Shown: positions 51,501-63,550, numbered from the whole stretch's first letter. The stretch: DNA of 63,550 nt, filler included, from Rhabdomonas costata (GCA_019059605.1; 53 parts of 53 records of this genome joined end to end with filler, not necessarily neighbours in it), one strand, 5' to 3'. The notes: a model not told the origin generated them from the sequence alone. Made by a program: numbers and translations.

Positions 51501-52842
51501 ACCCCCTTCACGAAAACCCAACCCAGTATCGAATGAAAGCCNNNNNNNNNNNNNNNNNNNNNNNNNNNNNNNNNNNNNNNNNNNNTTAATTAATTAANNN
51601 NNNNNNNNNNNNNNNNNNNNNNNNNNNNNNNNNNNNNNNNNGGTGTGGGGGCAACAGCTGCCATTTATCCAAACCTTGTCTGGAAACACGGTGAAAAAAA
51701 ACGAGATTTCGGCCTAAACCTGTCTGTACATAAGACATTCTCAATTCGCAGTTAAATATGTATAAGTTTTTTGGGGGTCGGGGGAGGCATTAAAGGATTA
51801 GCAAAGCTGAACGCTTTCCCTCCCCCCTGCCTAGCTGCCTAGGGGGGGGGGGAATAGCAGTACCACACCCCAACTAACTAACTAACAGCTCACTTAAGTC
51901 ACGTGACCATGTAATGCAAATCCCGAAAAAGTGCCCGGTTAGACCGCTCAGCATAGTTGAGCTATGGGCGGTGCGAATAGAGCATTGCGGATGCGGAAAA
52001 AAAGCTTCCCGCGGTGAAAAACTTCCCTTTGAGCATTCTTTAACACGAAAAACAATGAAGATATTTGTTAACCTTTCTCTGGACGACCCCGGAGCTCGCT
52101 ACAGAGACGATGAGGCGACCTTGGTGTGTTGCTGAGGCTTTGACATGGGCCTCCCAAATGCCATGAACCCTATGATGATGTACGCCTGCAAGCCATGACA
52201 CTGGCCTTGGACTGCACGAGCCTGCTGCAAGACGTGGTTGCCGACGCCTGCTTCCTGAAGGGATTCAACGACCGCCATGCCGTTCTCAAGGCCCCCTAAC
52301 TGTGGTGCTATGAGTTTTTTTTTACCGCGGGAAGATTTTTCCTAACCGAGGATTACCTATCCACCTCCAGGGGGCTTTCATATTTTCGCTCTGCCAGCTT
52401 CTTGGCTTCTTGGGAGTGTTGGGAGTGGGGAACACCCTTCTGCCCTTCTGTGCATGACGCAGGTTCTCGGGAAACACACACACACACACATACACACACC
52501 GGAGATCACGGGCATTGAGGCGGTTTGAGGACTAAACGAAAAGAAGATACTGCAAACAGAGGAGAACAGCCAACAGGGCGACTTTGGTCCGTAAAGAACA
52601 CTGGTTCCTAAAACAGATCAAAATACGTTTCAACAACAGCCAAAATATGAAGTGCATCCCCATTTCTTCACTGTACTTCCCCTTCCCCTCCCTTCCCCTC
52701 CCTTCCCCTTTTGACTGGCTGTTATGTTGACCACCACAAAAANNNNNNNNNNNNNNNNNNNNNNNNNNNNNNNNNNNNNNNNNNNNTTAATTAATTAANN
52801 NNNNNNNNNNNNNNNNNNNNNNNNNNNNNNNNNNNNNNNNNN

Positions 52843-52969
52843 AGGCTACCAGCCTCGGCACGCCCTCCGAATCCAACTGCGACAGCGTGGCTCCAATGCC
52901 CACGTCTGACGCGTCTGTGTGTAAGAGAAAGGGCTTCTTCATGTAGGGGTGAATGAGAACTGGTGCTTG
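52843..52969 (-). repeat. Inverted 127-bp copy of 53571-53697 at contig start
   Basis: Reverse complement of the RNase H segment with one mismatch. Confidence 0.93.
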
Positions 52970-52974
52970 AGATA

Positions 52975-53940
52975 GCCGCTTCTTCTACAAGCTTGACCTG
53001 CACTCTGGCTTCCACCAGATCCGGGTCCACCAAGACCACGTGGAGCGCACAGCCTTCAAAACGAAGTACGGCACCTTCGCCTATCAGGTCATGCAATTCT
53101 GACTCTGCAATGCCCCAGCTACCTTCCAGAAGACAATGAACTTCATCTTCCAAAAGATGAGGAAGTTCGCAGGAGCCTACATCGACGACATCTTGGTTTA
53201 CACCAAGACTCTTGAGGAGCATTTGGCGGCATTGCGGCAGGTATACGACAAGCTTCGTGAGGAGCGCTTCTTTGCGGGACCCGAGAAGTGCACATGGGCG
53301 CAGCCAGAGGTCGAGTACTGCGGATACATCCTCGGGAGAGCTGGAATCAGACCCCAGCCCCAGAAGCTCCTCGCCATCAGACATTGGCCAGTGCCAAAAG
53401 AAGTCACAGACGTCAGGAGCTTCCTGGGCCTCTGTGGGTTCTATCAGAGGTTCGTGGCAGACTACGCCACTGTTGCAGCGCCCTTGACAGACCTGATGCA
53501 GAAGGGCCGCGAGTGGGCGTGGTTGCCCGAACAGCAGCAAGCTTTTGAATTGCTGAAGTCGCGCCTTCTCCAAGCACCAGTTCTCATTCACCCCGACATG
53601 AAGAAGCCCTTTCTCTTACACACAGACGCGTCAGACGTGGGCATTGGAGCCACGCTGTCGCAGTTGGATTCGGAGGGCGTGCCGAGGCTGGTAGCCTGAC
53701 GCTCGAGGAAGCTGAACAAGGCGCAGAAGAATTACCAAGTGCATGAGAAGGAGATGCTCGCCTTTGTTGACGCGCTGGAGGATTGGAGGCACTATCTACT
53801 GGGCTCAGAGTTACACATCTACACCGATAACTCAGCTCTGCGGTACCTCCAAAACTTAGCTCGCCCTTCCTCGCGCCAGGTGAGATGGCTGGAAAAGCTG
53901 CAGTTGTACAGCCCGCTGAAAATCGCTCATATCCCACCAA
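52975..53940 (+). mobile_element. Ty3/gypsy pol (RT-RNase H), near intact with two nonsense codons
   Basis: KLDLHSGFHQI, TAFKTKYG, NAPATFQ, AYIDDILVY, LHTDASDVGIGATL, EKEMLA, YTDNSAL. In-frame TGA at 53100 and 53697. Confidence 0.97.
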
Positions 53941-54674
53941 AAANNNNNNNNNNNNNNNNNNNNNNNNNNNNNNNNNNNNNNNNNNNNTTAATTAATTAAN
54001 NNNNNNNNNNNNNNNNNNNNNNNNNNNNNNNNNNNNNNNNNNNTTGTTTGTGGTACTTTTTTGTTTTTCTCGTGTCTTCTCTTTTTCTTTTTCTCTCTTC
54101 TCCGTCTTTTTGTTTCCGCCGTGTCTTTAGGGTGACCAGCTCTGTTTTCCCAACCCACCCCCCACCCCAAGAAAAGTAATTGCACCCTCGCTGCGGAGCT
54201 GGGAGCACTGCACGAGACGTGGCACACCTTGCAATCACAGACAGCACACCAATTACTCCGTCCAAACTCCAAAAAACAGCGCAGCCAGTAGCTATTGATT
54301 CTGCCGATTTCCACCAATTTTCCGGAGGAGCCGCCTGCCAACCGAAAGCAAATCAGGCTCCGCACACCTCTAAGCGAACGTCCTCTTTGGATTGCTGCGT
54401 TCTTTGGGTTTCCTGGGGGCGGGGATCTCCGCTTTCTATGTTGTGATTCGCGGTCTAATTAGCAACCTGCAAATCTATATCATGAGGACCTGGGGACACA
54501 ATTCAACGAAGGTGTCTCTTGGGAGATCTCCGTTTTGCGTCACTGCGGTACGTTTGTAAGCGAGCAAACGTCACCAGTGGATGACACGCATCTTCACATC
54601 ATCAACGCAAAATGAGGTTCGTGGCGCATCAATCAAACCACTTCCTCGCCCATAAAGGACGTTCGCTTCCACAC

Positions 54675-54851
54675 CGATCACTAAAATCGTCAACGAGGCC
54701 AAGACGCTGCTCGAGTGTCGCTTCCTGGCCATCACAAACTCGGCCACACACATAAGGGGAACCGTCAGGAGCTTGAACATCTGATACATGCTCACAGAGT
54801 TGTACAGGAGGCTGAGGTTCAACAAGAAGATCGACGCCGCCCCGGGAACAG
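54675..54851 (-). CDS. Nucleotide-sugar/triose-phosphate transporter family (SLC35E3/UXT-like) exon
   Basis: SIFLLNLSLLYNSVSMYQMFKLLTVPLMCVAEF signature with CAG| and |GTGTGG boundaries. Confidence 0.85.
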
Positions 54852-55493
54852 CTGCAGGGCAACCCACACATGTATAATGGCGTACTTTTTTTTTCAAGCG
54901 TCAGGCGTTGGGATGGGTACACAGAAAGGAGGGTGACTTCATTTATCTCGTCAGGAGTGCACAACACGCCAAATATTTCGCCCTGAATATCAATGTTTCG
55001 CCCATCTTAGAGTACGAAGCTTTTGTGAAGAACACGAAAACGCTTCAGTTTTGAACAGGTTTTTGTTTGGCAGGGGATCCAACCGAATGCACCCACCAAA
55101 ATTAAGGAATCATGTCAACAATAAAATCAATCGCAAAAAAAACCNNNNNNNNNNNNNNNNNNNNNNNNNNNNNNNNNNNNNNNNNNNNTTAATTAATTAA
55201 NNNNNNNNNNNNNNNNNNNNNNNNNNNNNNNNNNNNNNNNNNNNGGTTTTGGGGTAGGGGTGTTTAACGGTAAGTTACGAGACAAAATTTGCTGTTCCCT
55301 TCCTCGGTGTTTCTGCTGAGTTATGGGGCGATCTTCCGGGACTTTGCCCGGGAAGGGCGATGGAAGTTTCCAGGAGACAGCAGTTTTATGGGAGTGGGTT
55401 TTTCTTGCGGCCGGTTATTCTTGCGGCCAAGGAGTGTAGGCCCCCTCCTAAATTCATCAGACTCATCTCCTGTTTTATGCCAGCGAAGCTCAG

Positions 55494-55997
55494 GAGCGGG
55501 AAGCCCTAATGAACGATGTGGCCTCGGACATCTTTCGGGACCAGCTTGAGGCCTCTGTGGGAGACCACCTGGATGCCTCTGTGTCACCGGAGATGGAGCC
55601 CGGGCTGAGGTATGAGCTCGACCCTGTGGGCACGTTGGCCCAGTTTCACACCGACCAGAAGTTCGAGGAGCCCCCGAAGTACACCTTCACCCCAGAGGTC
55701 CGTGTGGTGCACGAGGGAGGAAGAATAAAAAGAAAAGGAACCTTTGGAAGTTGCACATCGGTTTTTTCCTTACCAGCAAACATATCGGCTTTTGCGGCAG
55801 TATTGTTGGGCTGATCCGTTTTTAATGGGCTCGTAAACTCCTCTTTGATGTCCCACGGTTCGGTTCATTCTCAATTTGACGCGATTTAGCGTCTCGTTTC
55901 GTCCATGGTGGTTTTTTGTAGGGTGGCGGGTGCTATGCGTGCACGGTGCAAGCGCTGTACCGTGACGTGGCTTCGGGCAAGCTGGAGACTATTATCG
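55494..55997 (+). CDS. Protein with a dsRNA-binding-motif-like domain, two exons (~55494-55697, 55922-55997)
   Basis: DPVGTLAQF...EEPPKYTFTPE|GGGCYACTVQ...ETIIG parallels dsRBD alpha1-beta1-beta2-beta3. The final helix is not on this contig. Confidence 0.5.
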
Positions 55998-57843
55998 GTT
56001 GCCATGTTGCAGCTCATTTATCGGGAGGGATCCCTCTTTGCTTTTTGTGCACCGCCCAAATCGGAAGTGCCTTGTATTCTCCTTTTTTTTGCCCACGCCG
56101 CTGCTGGGGTTACCTTCTCCAGCCAAGTGATATGCACCACTGTCACGATTTTCTGGTACACAAATAGTGTGAAGTTCCTCTGACTGACGTACTGATTCAA
56201 GTTTGCACGAGCCCCCCCCCCTCGGTTTTTAGCGCGCCCTATTGACATTGACGTCTGATCTTGTGTTCGTGGATGCCGAATGAATTTCCGCCGAAGGGGG
56301 ACGGGGGAGGGGGGGCGAGGACCTGCGCAGTCCCTTCCCCTCTCCNNNNNNNNNNNNNNNNNNNNNNNNNNNNNNNNNNNNNNNNNNNNTTAATTAATTA
56401 ANNNNNNNNNNNNNNNNNNNNNNNNNNNNNNNNNNNNNNNNNNNNATGGAACATAAGTGCTTGGAACGGCTTGGGCAGGCTTAGCTCTTCGATTAATAAC
56501 CACCCTAATTTATAGCTGTCAAGTCGAGCTTTTGGGAAGCCCTGGGCCATTACATCCATTTCACCCATTAGAAAACTTGGGTATTTGGCAACAATTCAAA
56601 CTATGTTCCGGCGACAATAGCAGTCGCATGATGCAAAGTGTCGTGAATCGTCAGGTCCTGGCTACTGGGTGTTTTCGTTTTTCTCTAAAACACGTTCTAA
56701 AACACATTTTATACCGGCATCGCCATATATTCTCTCAGTAACATTAAAGGTAAAGGAGCATTTTCGACACTCCTCTTTCATTGTAGTTCGAACATGCGCG
56801 CATGACACCTGAACTGTCGTCGCCCAAAGGTAAGTGAAGTAGCAGGACAGGCAAGCACAACATCCCCTCATTTCCTAGCAAACCTCCAACTTCTAGATAA
56901 TTTGAAGCGAGTTGGCAAGCAAACCTGACAATTTACTTGAACCGATTCCGGAGATGAGAACAGCTTCTTAGGTCACAACGTGGCCATATGATTAGTGCGC
57001 AAATAGCAAATAGAAACCGCTAGAAGCCATGGAAATGAGTCGGAAACCACTTCGGAATCAACTCAAAACCACCGGTAGCAGCTGGGGGTGTCACACGCAC
57101 TTGCGCAGCAGTGGGCAGCCGTGCATGGGGAGGCGCTGCACACGGTCGTCGCAAGCTTCGCGATGGAGTCCGCGGGGCAGGAGAAGGCCCCGCACATCGT
57201 CTTTGCCGCTGAGCAAAGGAGGAGCGCAAAGTGGGAGGCAACAATGTCATCAGGGCCCCCTCCTCCTCGTATGCAAGAACAAACTGGCACTTGTGAGATG
57301 CCGCCGGTATACGTCCTCTCTACCCCAGCAAAACTGACCGACCTTTTTCCGGAACCGAAAACTGGGTTGGAACGATGGAGGTGGTGGGGGGGGCAACGGT
57401 ACATTGCGGCCAACATGATACGGATTTACGAGGTGACGGTGTCATCATGCTGAATGCACAACTCAGATCAGTGACGTACATCGGCCACATACCAACGCTA
57501 CGCACCATGCAATTCTCCAATTCCGCCGCCCACCACGGCGCACGTTNNNNNNNNNNNNNNNNNNNNNNNNNNNNNNNNNNNNNNNNNNNNTTAATTAATT
57601 AANNNNNNNNNNNNNNNNNNNNNNNNNNNNNNNNNNNNNNNNNNNNTGTTTCGCTTTCCTGCGCGCGCGCACACACACACACTCCAAAAGGGGTTTTCGA
57701 CAACAACTGGGTCCCGACAAACGCGGACCCGAGCAATGTCACCGAGGCCGCGATCTCTCCGATTAGTGGGGCCTCGGTGACTTTGCTCGTAAGGTTTCAG
57801 CCCATTGACACACAGCGCCCATGAAAAGGCGGCAGGCGCCGAC

Positions 57844-58060
57844 CTGACTCTGGCGGGGTCAGCCCGCACAGAATGGTGCTCCAGTTGGGCGCGGACACCG
57901 TGGGGATCTGCGCGCGTGCTCGCATCGTGAACCCCCCACCCTCCATCAGCCGCCGCAGGTTGGGCAGCTGTGCCGTGGCGTTCTCCAGGTACAACCCTCC
58001 CAGGCCATCCAGGCCGATCAGCAGCACGCGTTGGGCAGACGAGAATCCCGCAAACCCAGG
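57844..58060 (-). CDS. Alkaline phosphatase superfamily (type I phosphodiesterase/NPP-like) N-terminal exon
   Basis: RVLLIGLDGLG...PNLRRLMEGG...PTVSAPNWSTILCG, with metal-binding Asp and Ser nucleophile. Confidence 0.88.
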
Positions 58061-59294
58061 CTGCCGAGACGAGTGGGTTGGGTAAGAAGGTTACTATTGC
58101 AGAAGAACCCCAACGCCGAGGAGCATTCAAAAATACCGAAAGTTGTCTCCTCAATTCCCCGTCAGCTCGCACGCGTGCCTCATTTGGGCATGGATCTTCC
58201 CTCGCTTCGACCATACACCCCCTTCCCGACTTTCCGAAGGTATGGAAGCACCCCTGACCCAACATGCAGGTTTAAATATTCAAACACTTCACCATGATAA
58301 GAGGTAACGGTTCGCCTCCTCCTTCCCCCCTCAAAAAAGCAACCTTGTGGACTCTGAAGAGGTTTGAAGTTGCCACAAAATCTCTTTGGATGTAAAAATA
58401 ACTGTGAAATGGCTCACTGCGTCAAAGCTGTTTCTTTGCCGTGCGGAAGCCATGAACAATGAGAGCTATTTCCACTTTTCATACGACATCAACCAGCAGT
58501 TGCAAATTCACGGTCCAGGCATGCAGAGGTTCAATGGAAGAAGAGGCAGTGATAATAACTCTTCGGTTCCGATTTTCGAATTCAAAAATAAACAATCCAT
58601 GTTTTTTTTTAGCAACAACAACGACCTGCTCCGCCAGCGACCCCTCGGCTATGCACGGCACAACCACAGCAGTGAGTAGTGAGCAAAGAATGCGCAAGGT
58701 CGGCTTGCAATCACAGGCCATAGCGACGAAGGAATGCAAACAAAACANNNNNNNNNNNNNNNNNNNNNNNNNNNNNNNNNNNNNNNNNNNNTTAATTAAT
58801 TAANNNNNNNNNNNNNNNNNNNNNNNNNNNNNNNNNNNNNNNNNNNNCTGCCGTGTCGCGGACAGCAGCACGGGGTTCATGTTCGGACCCAGGATGGTAT
58901 TGTCCCCGTCCGCATCCTGCCTCCTCTCATCATTTTGGCCACCAAGGTTATGTTGGGTGCAACGCCAAGACCTGCTCCAAGCATTGGTCAGGGTTTTGGC
59001 GATCGCGGACATGAAACAAGTGATGGAAAACTTCAACGAGAGGAGCATCTGGACAATGCCTCGAAAAAGTGCTTCTCCCTTATACTGTTTCATCGGCATC
59101 GAATGCGTTTACTGACTGTTATGTTCGTTTCAAAATTTTCTAAGGGCAGTGGTTTGCTCAAGGTGCGCATCAGGATCCACGGTTTTAGTGGTTTTGTTGA
59201 GTGTTTTCTTTTTCAGCCGCCCCGCTGGATCACTCGCTCTCGCTCTGCCCTTCCTTCCCGCTCGTCCCCGTGGTCATTTCTTCTCATGCTGCAG

Positions 59295-59948
59295 GTCGCC
59301 AAGCGGTACCTCCGCAAGGATGAGTTTGTCGAGGACTACATTTCCGCACACATGGCGCAGAGCTACGCCAAGAAGTTCAACGAGAGAAACCCCACAAAGC
59401 GGGTGGCCTGCATTCTTGATTCGGGGGATAGGGACGGGAGTGCGGGGGGGTCGTGTCTGGGCTGTCCTTGGTGCTTATGGACTCCATAGTGACAGCGAAT
59501 CTTCTTGTTATGATGATGAAAGGACGGCTTGCGGGAAGTAAATGAACGTGCTGATCTAAATCTGTGCAGATTATGCTGTGCGCAGAAAAGCGCTGCGTCC
59601 TTTCCTGTGTGGCCCATTCTTTTTTTATTCGTCCATTGGGAGGTTTTCACAATCTTGAGTTGGGAGGTTTTCACAATCTTTGGTTGAGAGAAGGAAATCT
59701 ACTATCATGGGAAGGCATCAGATAGAGGTTCAATCTGCTATAACGTGTAAGCTACTGACGATTTGCCAACATCCCTCGCAATTGTATATTAACTTCTGCT
59801 GGGAATGCTGTACGACCCCTTCCGCAGATTCGGTTTCTCGTGCCCAATAAGATCATGACCTTCAACGGGGTGAAGTACAGCCTGGAGGAGTTTCTGGAGG
59901 GCCGCTGGCAGAAGCACAACAACATCTTTGGCATGATGGAGTCCAACC
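59295..59948 (+). CDS. Alpha-kinase (eEF2K/MHCK family), two exons (59295-59402, 59828-end)
   Basis: VAKRY...EDYISAHMAQSYAKKFN|IRFL...YSLEEFLEGRWQKHNNIFG. Confidence 0.87.
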
Positions 59949-60519
59949 NNNNNNNNNNNNNNNNNNNNNNNNNNNNNNNNNNNNNNNNNNNNTTAATTAA
60001 TTAANNNNNNNNNNNNNNNNNNNNNNNNNNNNNNNNNNNNNNNNNNNNGGTGTTGTGTATTTATGCAGTTTTGGAGATTCTCTCTGAAGCCGCCGGCGAT
60101 TGAGAGTACTCAGCATCGAAGTGCTTTGCGCCGCCTTTGGTTTGGCAAACACTTGTTTGTCGGTGGTTCTTGTCTGCTGTGTGCGCTTTTGTGCCGCACG
60201 CAAATTTAAACTTGACGTGTTGGACAGTTTTGATGGTCGGGTGGTGATTAGGGCGCATAACTTGTGAGCAGATGTATCACATTTTTTTCTTCTGATGGCT
60301 TCCCAAGCTTCTTTGCAGCTTCAGGTCACGCAATGCCTGTGCACGACAGCTCAAAATTCGAAGATGAGTGAAGTTGCCATGCCGTCAGCAGATTTCTTTC
60401 TGCTCATCGCCGTATTCATAGGTCTAATGGGGAGAAGGCGTTGACACAACGCCTTCACCTTGTGAGTTTTCTTTTTGTGTGCGCTTATGCTTTGTTCATG
60501 CAGCAAAATTTCTCCCAGC

Positions 60520-60942
60520 ATGATGGTCCCAAACTCCTATTTGCAGGAACGCACGTTGCCGTCCATTATCTCTGCAGCTCTTGCGGTCCTAGTGTTTGCC
60601 GCCACGGTGGCACCAGCCCATGCGAGCCTTGCACCTACCTCCGATCCCACACTCGACTGGACAGAATGCACGAAGGCCAGTCATAAAGGCTTTCTCTGCG
60701 CCACAGCCACTGTTCCTTTGGACTACGCCCAGCCCTCCGCAGGAACAATTCAGCTCTCCGTCGTACTTCACCCCGCAGTCAACTCTGCAGCGCGCCTGGG
60801 AAGCCTTTTCCTCAACCCCGGCGGGCCTGGAACCAGGCGGACAGGCACTTCCCTCGATGTACCCGGCGCTTCCGGAAGCCGTGCGACAGAGGTTCGACGT
60901 AATGAGCTGGGACCCCCCATGGATCGGCAACAGCACCGAAGA
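60520..60942 (+). pseudogene. Secreted TAP-like alpha/beta hydrolase (peptidase S33 type), frameshifted fragment
   Basis: Signal-like hydrophobic stretch, LDWTEC, CATATVPLDY, RLGSLFLNPGGPG, then a frame change near 60830 to RQRFDVMSWDPPWIGNS (canonical DPRG is altered). Confidence 0.8.
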
Positions 60943-63550
60943 GGCCAAAGCAAGTTCCACACATGAGGTGCAGCCTCCGCCTCGGCAGCACGAGCAGCAG
61001 CAGCAACAGCAGCAACGCGTCTGTGGTGGCGTAGTACAAAAATACGCCGTGCAGTGCGGGGAAAGTCCCAACCCAAGAAACCCTGCCGCCTTTTTCACCA
61101 TGGGGCAGCTGGCGGGTGCCGCCTGTGGCCCATTGGCCCCCCCCAACCCNNNNNNNNNNNNNNNNNNNNNNNNNNNNNNNNNNNNNNNNNNNNTTAATTA
61201 ATTAANNNNNNNNNNNNNNNNNNNNNNNNNNNNNNNNNNNNNNNNNNNNTTTTGGTGGTATTCTTGAGCTGATTCGGGAAGGTTTCTGTGTTCACTCTGT
61301 GTATATCGGTGAGTCCGAGTCTGTGTGTCTGTGTGTTTGTCTTGGTGAGCTTCGGGCATTTTTCTTTGCAACGTTTCCCAGGTCTTCGACACGCACTACC
61401 TGCACTGCAACACCGAGCCCGAGGGGTGCCCCGATTGGAGCCGGCTGGTCTGTGTGCTATACTACCGGTTTCGGCTAGGCGGCGACTCCTGCTGGCTGAA
61501 CTATCTGCGCCGCAAGTCCGAGCATGACAAGAACTCCAAGCTGGTGCCGCCTCCCCTCGCCTTGGGTGCCCTTCGTCTTCCCCTCGATTATCATTGTCAC
61601 CACGCCACCATCGGTCACTGATGGTTTGCAGACATTGCTGCTGCTCCCATCCAAAAATACCCCTGAACATACCCGCGTGTCTGTGTGAGTCCATCGCGCC
61701 CTCCGGGCTTTCCGCTGTTTTTTTGTGGTGCTGATCGCTTAAGCTCAAATGACCCCAGCCTTCTTTCCGCCTCAGTGGTGGTCAGGATTTTTCTGCCTTT
61801 GATCGTAGGTGCACTTTCACCCTTACTTAGGTTTTGATCCGCCCGCTGGCCTCCAGCCGCAGCGAGAACCTGAACAAAAAGGCCCGTGCACTGCCCCACA
61901 CGGTGCTTTCCACCCTCCTCGGGGTGACAAAAGGGCTCCGCGCCAGACCCCCAGCTTGGGCACGGTAAAGGCACATATAGCATCCCTTCCTCTTTTTTCT
62001 TCTGGTTTTATGTCAGAGTGGCGGATGGACGACCTTCGATAATAGCGAGTATCCCGGTGCTGGTGTCCCTGTTATCATTGGTGGTATGTTTGCATGTCGA
62101 TAACTGCCGTCGATGTGCGGGTATTGGTGTCCTGGTCACAGGTTACTCCACACCATTCTCTCCGTCAACCCTGGGGTAAGGGAAGAGCTCTTCGAGGACT
62201 GGACTGTGTCCGGCCCTGCGGATGTAGTGAAGGCCTTCAGGAAAGGTTCAATACTTCGATGAGGGGGGGGGGAGAAAGTGTCTCCCACATTTCTGACCGA
62301 AATTCCTCCCTCCCTCCCTCCCTCCGTCCTGTAACAGACCATGAAAGCCNNNNNNNNNNNNNNNNNNNNNNNNNNNNNNNNNNNNNNNNNNNNTTAATTA
62401 ATTAANNNNNNNNNNNNNNNNNNNNNNNNNNNNNNNNNNNNNNNNNNNNTTTTGTTTTCACGGAACCTGACACAACGTCCAATTCGGCGTCAAAACAAAG
62501 AATGACATCTCGGAATAAACTGACTACAAAAAGACAGTTGCTGAAGGACAGCCTAAAACTCATGACACTGCGCGATCCCAGAAAGAAAAAAGTAGCTAGC
62601 CGATGAAACCAACCGCACCTCTGCTCCGGAGCGACGCGAAATCCAGTGATCTCACCAGAGTTACCTGAAAATCATCGCCCACCCGTACACAATGGAAAGC
62701 ACAGCCGTTCACCGCACGAATACCCTGCCACGTGGGAAAACGGGTGTGGCTAAGTCTAGTTAACCTCCTGCAAAAGTTTTGACTTCTCCTGTCCTCTGGG
62801 GTGCTTGTACGTCGCCCTAACCTACTGAATCCTTTATAAAATGTGTAGAAAGCGTGTAGAAAGCGTGCTTAATGCACAAGGTCAGTAGGGCGTCGAGCGC
62901 CCAACCCAAAAACGGGAGTGCTTGGCAGTTATATTCCCCACCTGGCCGAAAACTCAAAAGTGAGTCAGAAAATTTCAATGTGCTGCCGGACTCCCGTAGG
63001 TCAACAGTTCAGTTCAGAGAGTGGCAGGGGACTAATACACCATATGACAGACAATGGGGACCAGATAGCGGAGAAATAGTACATACGCGAGGCTCTCGCA
63101 GTAAAAACGTCGGCACGACTGCTCCACCTGCTGCCGGGATACCCGCCGTCGGGAGGGTGGGATTCTGACTGTGGGCGGGCGTCGGCAGACGCGGCCGAGT
63201 GAGATCGGCGAGGACTCCCGAAGTCTGCAGTTGCCTTGCGCGTGGACGTGCCGCTCCTTCGCCCTTTCCCATGAACGCGGCGAGGCAGAACCCCAAGCTC
63301 GGGGTCCAAGCCGTTAACCCCATACCCGCCAAAGACAATGATACAGTCCTGAGAAGAACCCGGGAAAGGGCCATTCCAGAGAACTCCCTCATTAGCCTTC
63401 GGGCATTTGTGACATTAAAATAAACGCGTCGAAAAACAACCAAAGAATTGTTTTTGTTTGCCTCCAGAGGAACATAGTGCATGAGCTAATCAGCAAAAAA
63501 CTCATTCACAAATAAGCCGAAACACGCCAACAAGCGACTAACAAACCCCC

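Larger units (their letters stand above)
1103..62449. other. 52 artificial contig-joining linkers (N44-TTAATTAATTAA-N44), first 1103-1202, last 62350-62449
   Basis: Identical 100-nt spacer recurs every ~1200 nt. Its core places stop codons in all six frames. Intervening contigs are all about 1090-1103 nt. Confidence 0.99.

Noticed and set aside
52843..52969. Inverted terminal repeat (DIRS-like) on the retroelement
   Set aside because: It copies internal RNase H coding sequence at a contig edge, so it is an inversion chimera.
53100..53699. TGA readthrough or alternative genetic code in gypsy pol
   Set aside because: The two TGAs fall at different expected residues (Gly in MPFGL; Tyr/Cys-type position before SRKL), and TGA terminates host genes at 5151 and 30434. 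They are simple nonsense mutations.
1103..62449. Regularly spaced TTAATTAATTAA as a CRISPR-like array or biological repeat
   Set aside because: It is embedded in fixed N runs and is a synthetic six-frame-stop linker.
1..63550. Operon, gene cluster or defence system inferred from neighbouring genes (e.g. globin next to cyclase, ART next to Sec7)
   Set aside because: The genes lie on different contigs grouped only by similar length, so adjacency is arbitrary.
1..63550. rRNA, tRNA, spliced-leader RNA or clear euglenid non-conventional introns
   Set aside because: None recognised by eye. All homology-anchored introns could be explained as GT-AG or GC-AG.

Overview
This is not a contiguous locus. 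It is 53 unrelated contigs of about 1.1 kb, joined by 52 artificial 100-nt linkers (N44-TTAATTAATTAA-N44, stops in all six frames), so adjacency across linkers means nothing. The DNA is mostly from an intron-rich eukaryote with GC-rich short exons and weak GTG[T/C]G-type or GC donors. A euglenid-like protist is my inference, not something the sequence proves. Many contig ends carry G/T-only (or A/C-only) tails and several carry fold-back inversions, consistent with degenerate-primer whole-genome amplification. Recognisable fragments: classical protein tyrosine phosphatase, prokaryote-type GalT/HIT-like protein, class III adenylate cyclase, DEAD-box helicase, globin, MSH2, FAD monooxygenase, threonine dehydratase (IlvA), STP/HUP-type hexose transporter, WD40 protein, R-S-E ADP-ribosyltransferase, Sec7 ARF-GEF, nucleotide-sugar transporter, dsRBD-like protein, alkaline-phosphatase-superfamily enzyme, alpha-kinase and TAP-like hydrolase. 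There are also decayed Ty3/gypsy and CRE-like retroelements and a Bacteroidetes DUF2851 fragment. I cannot support a multi-gene novel system. The best leads are a diverged ~220-bp repeat that ends at the 3' splice sites of two different predicted exons (introner-like), a PTP whose predicted P-loop lacks the catalytic Arg, and intron-containing genes of apparent prokaryotic or green-algal type. All family calls are from motif recognition by eye, with no database search.
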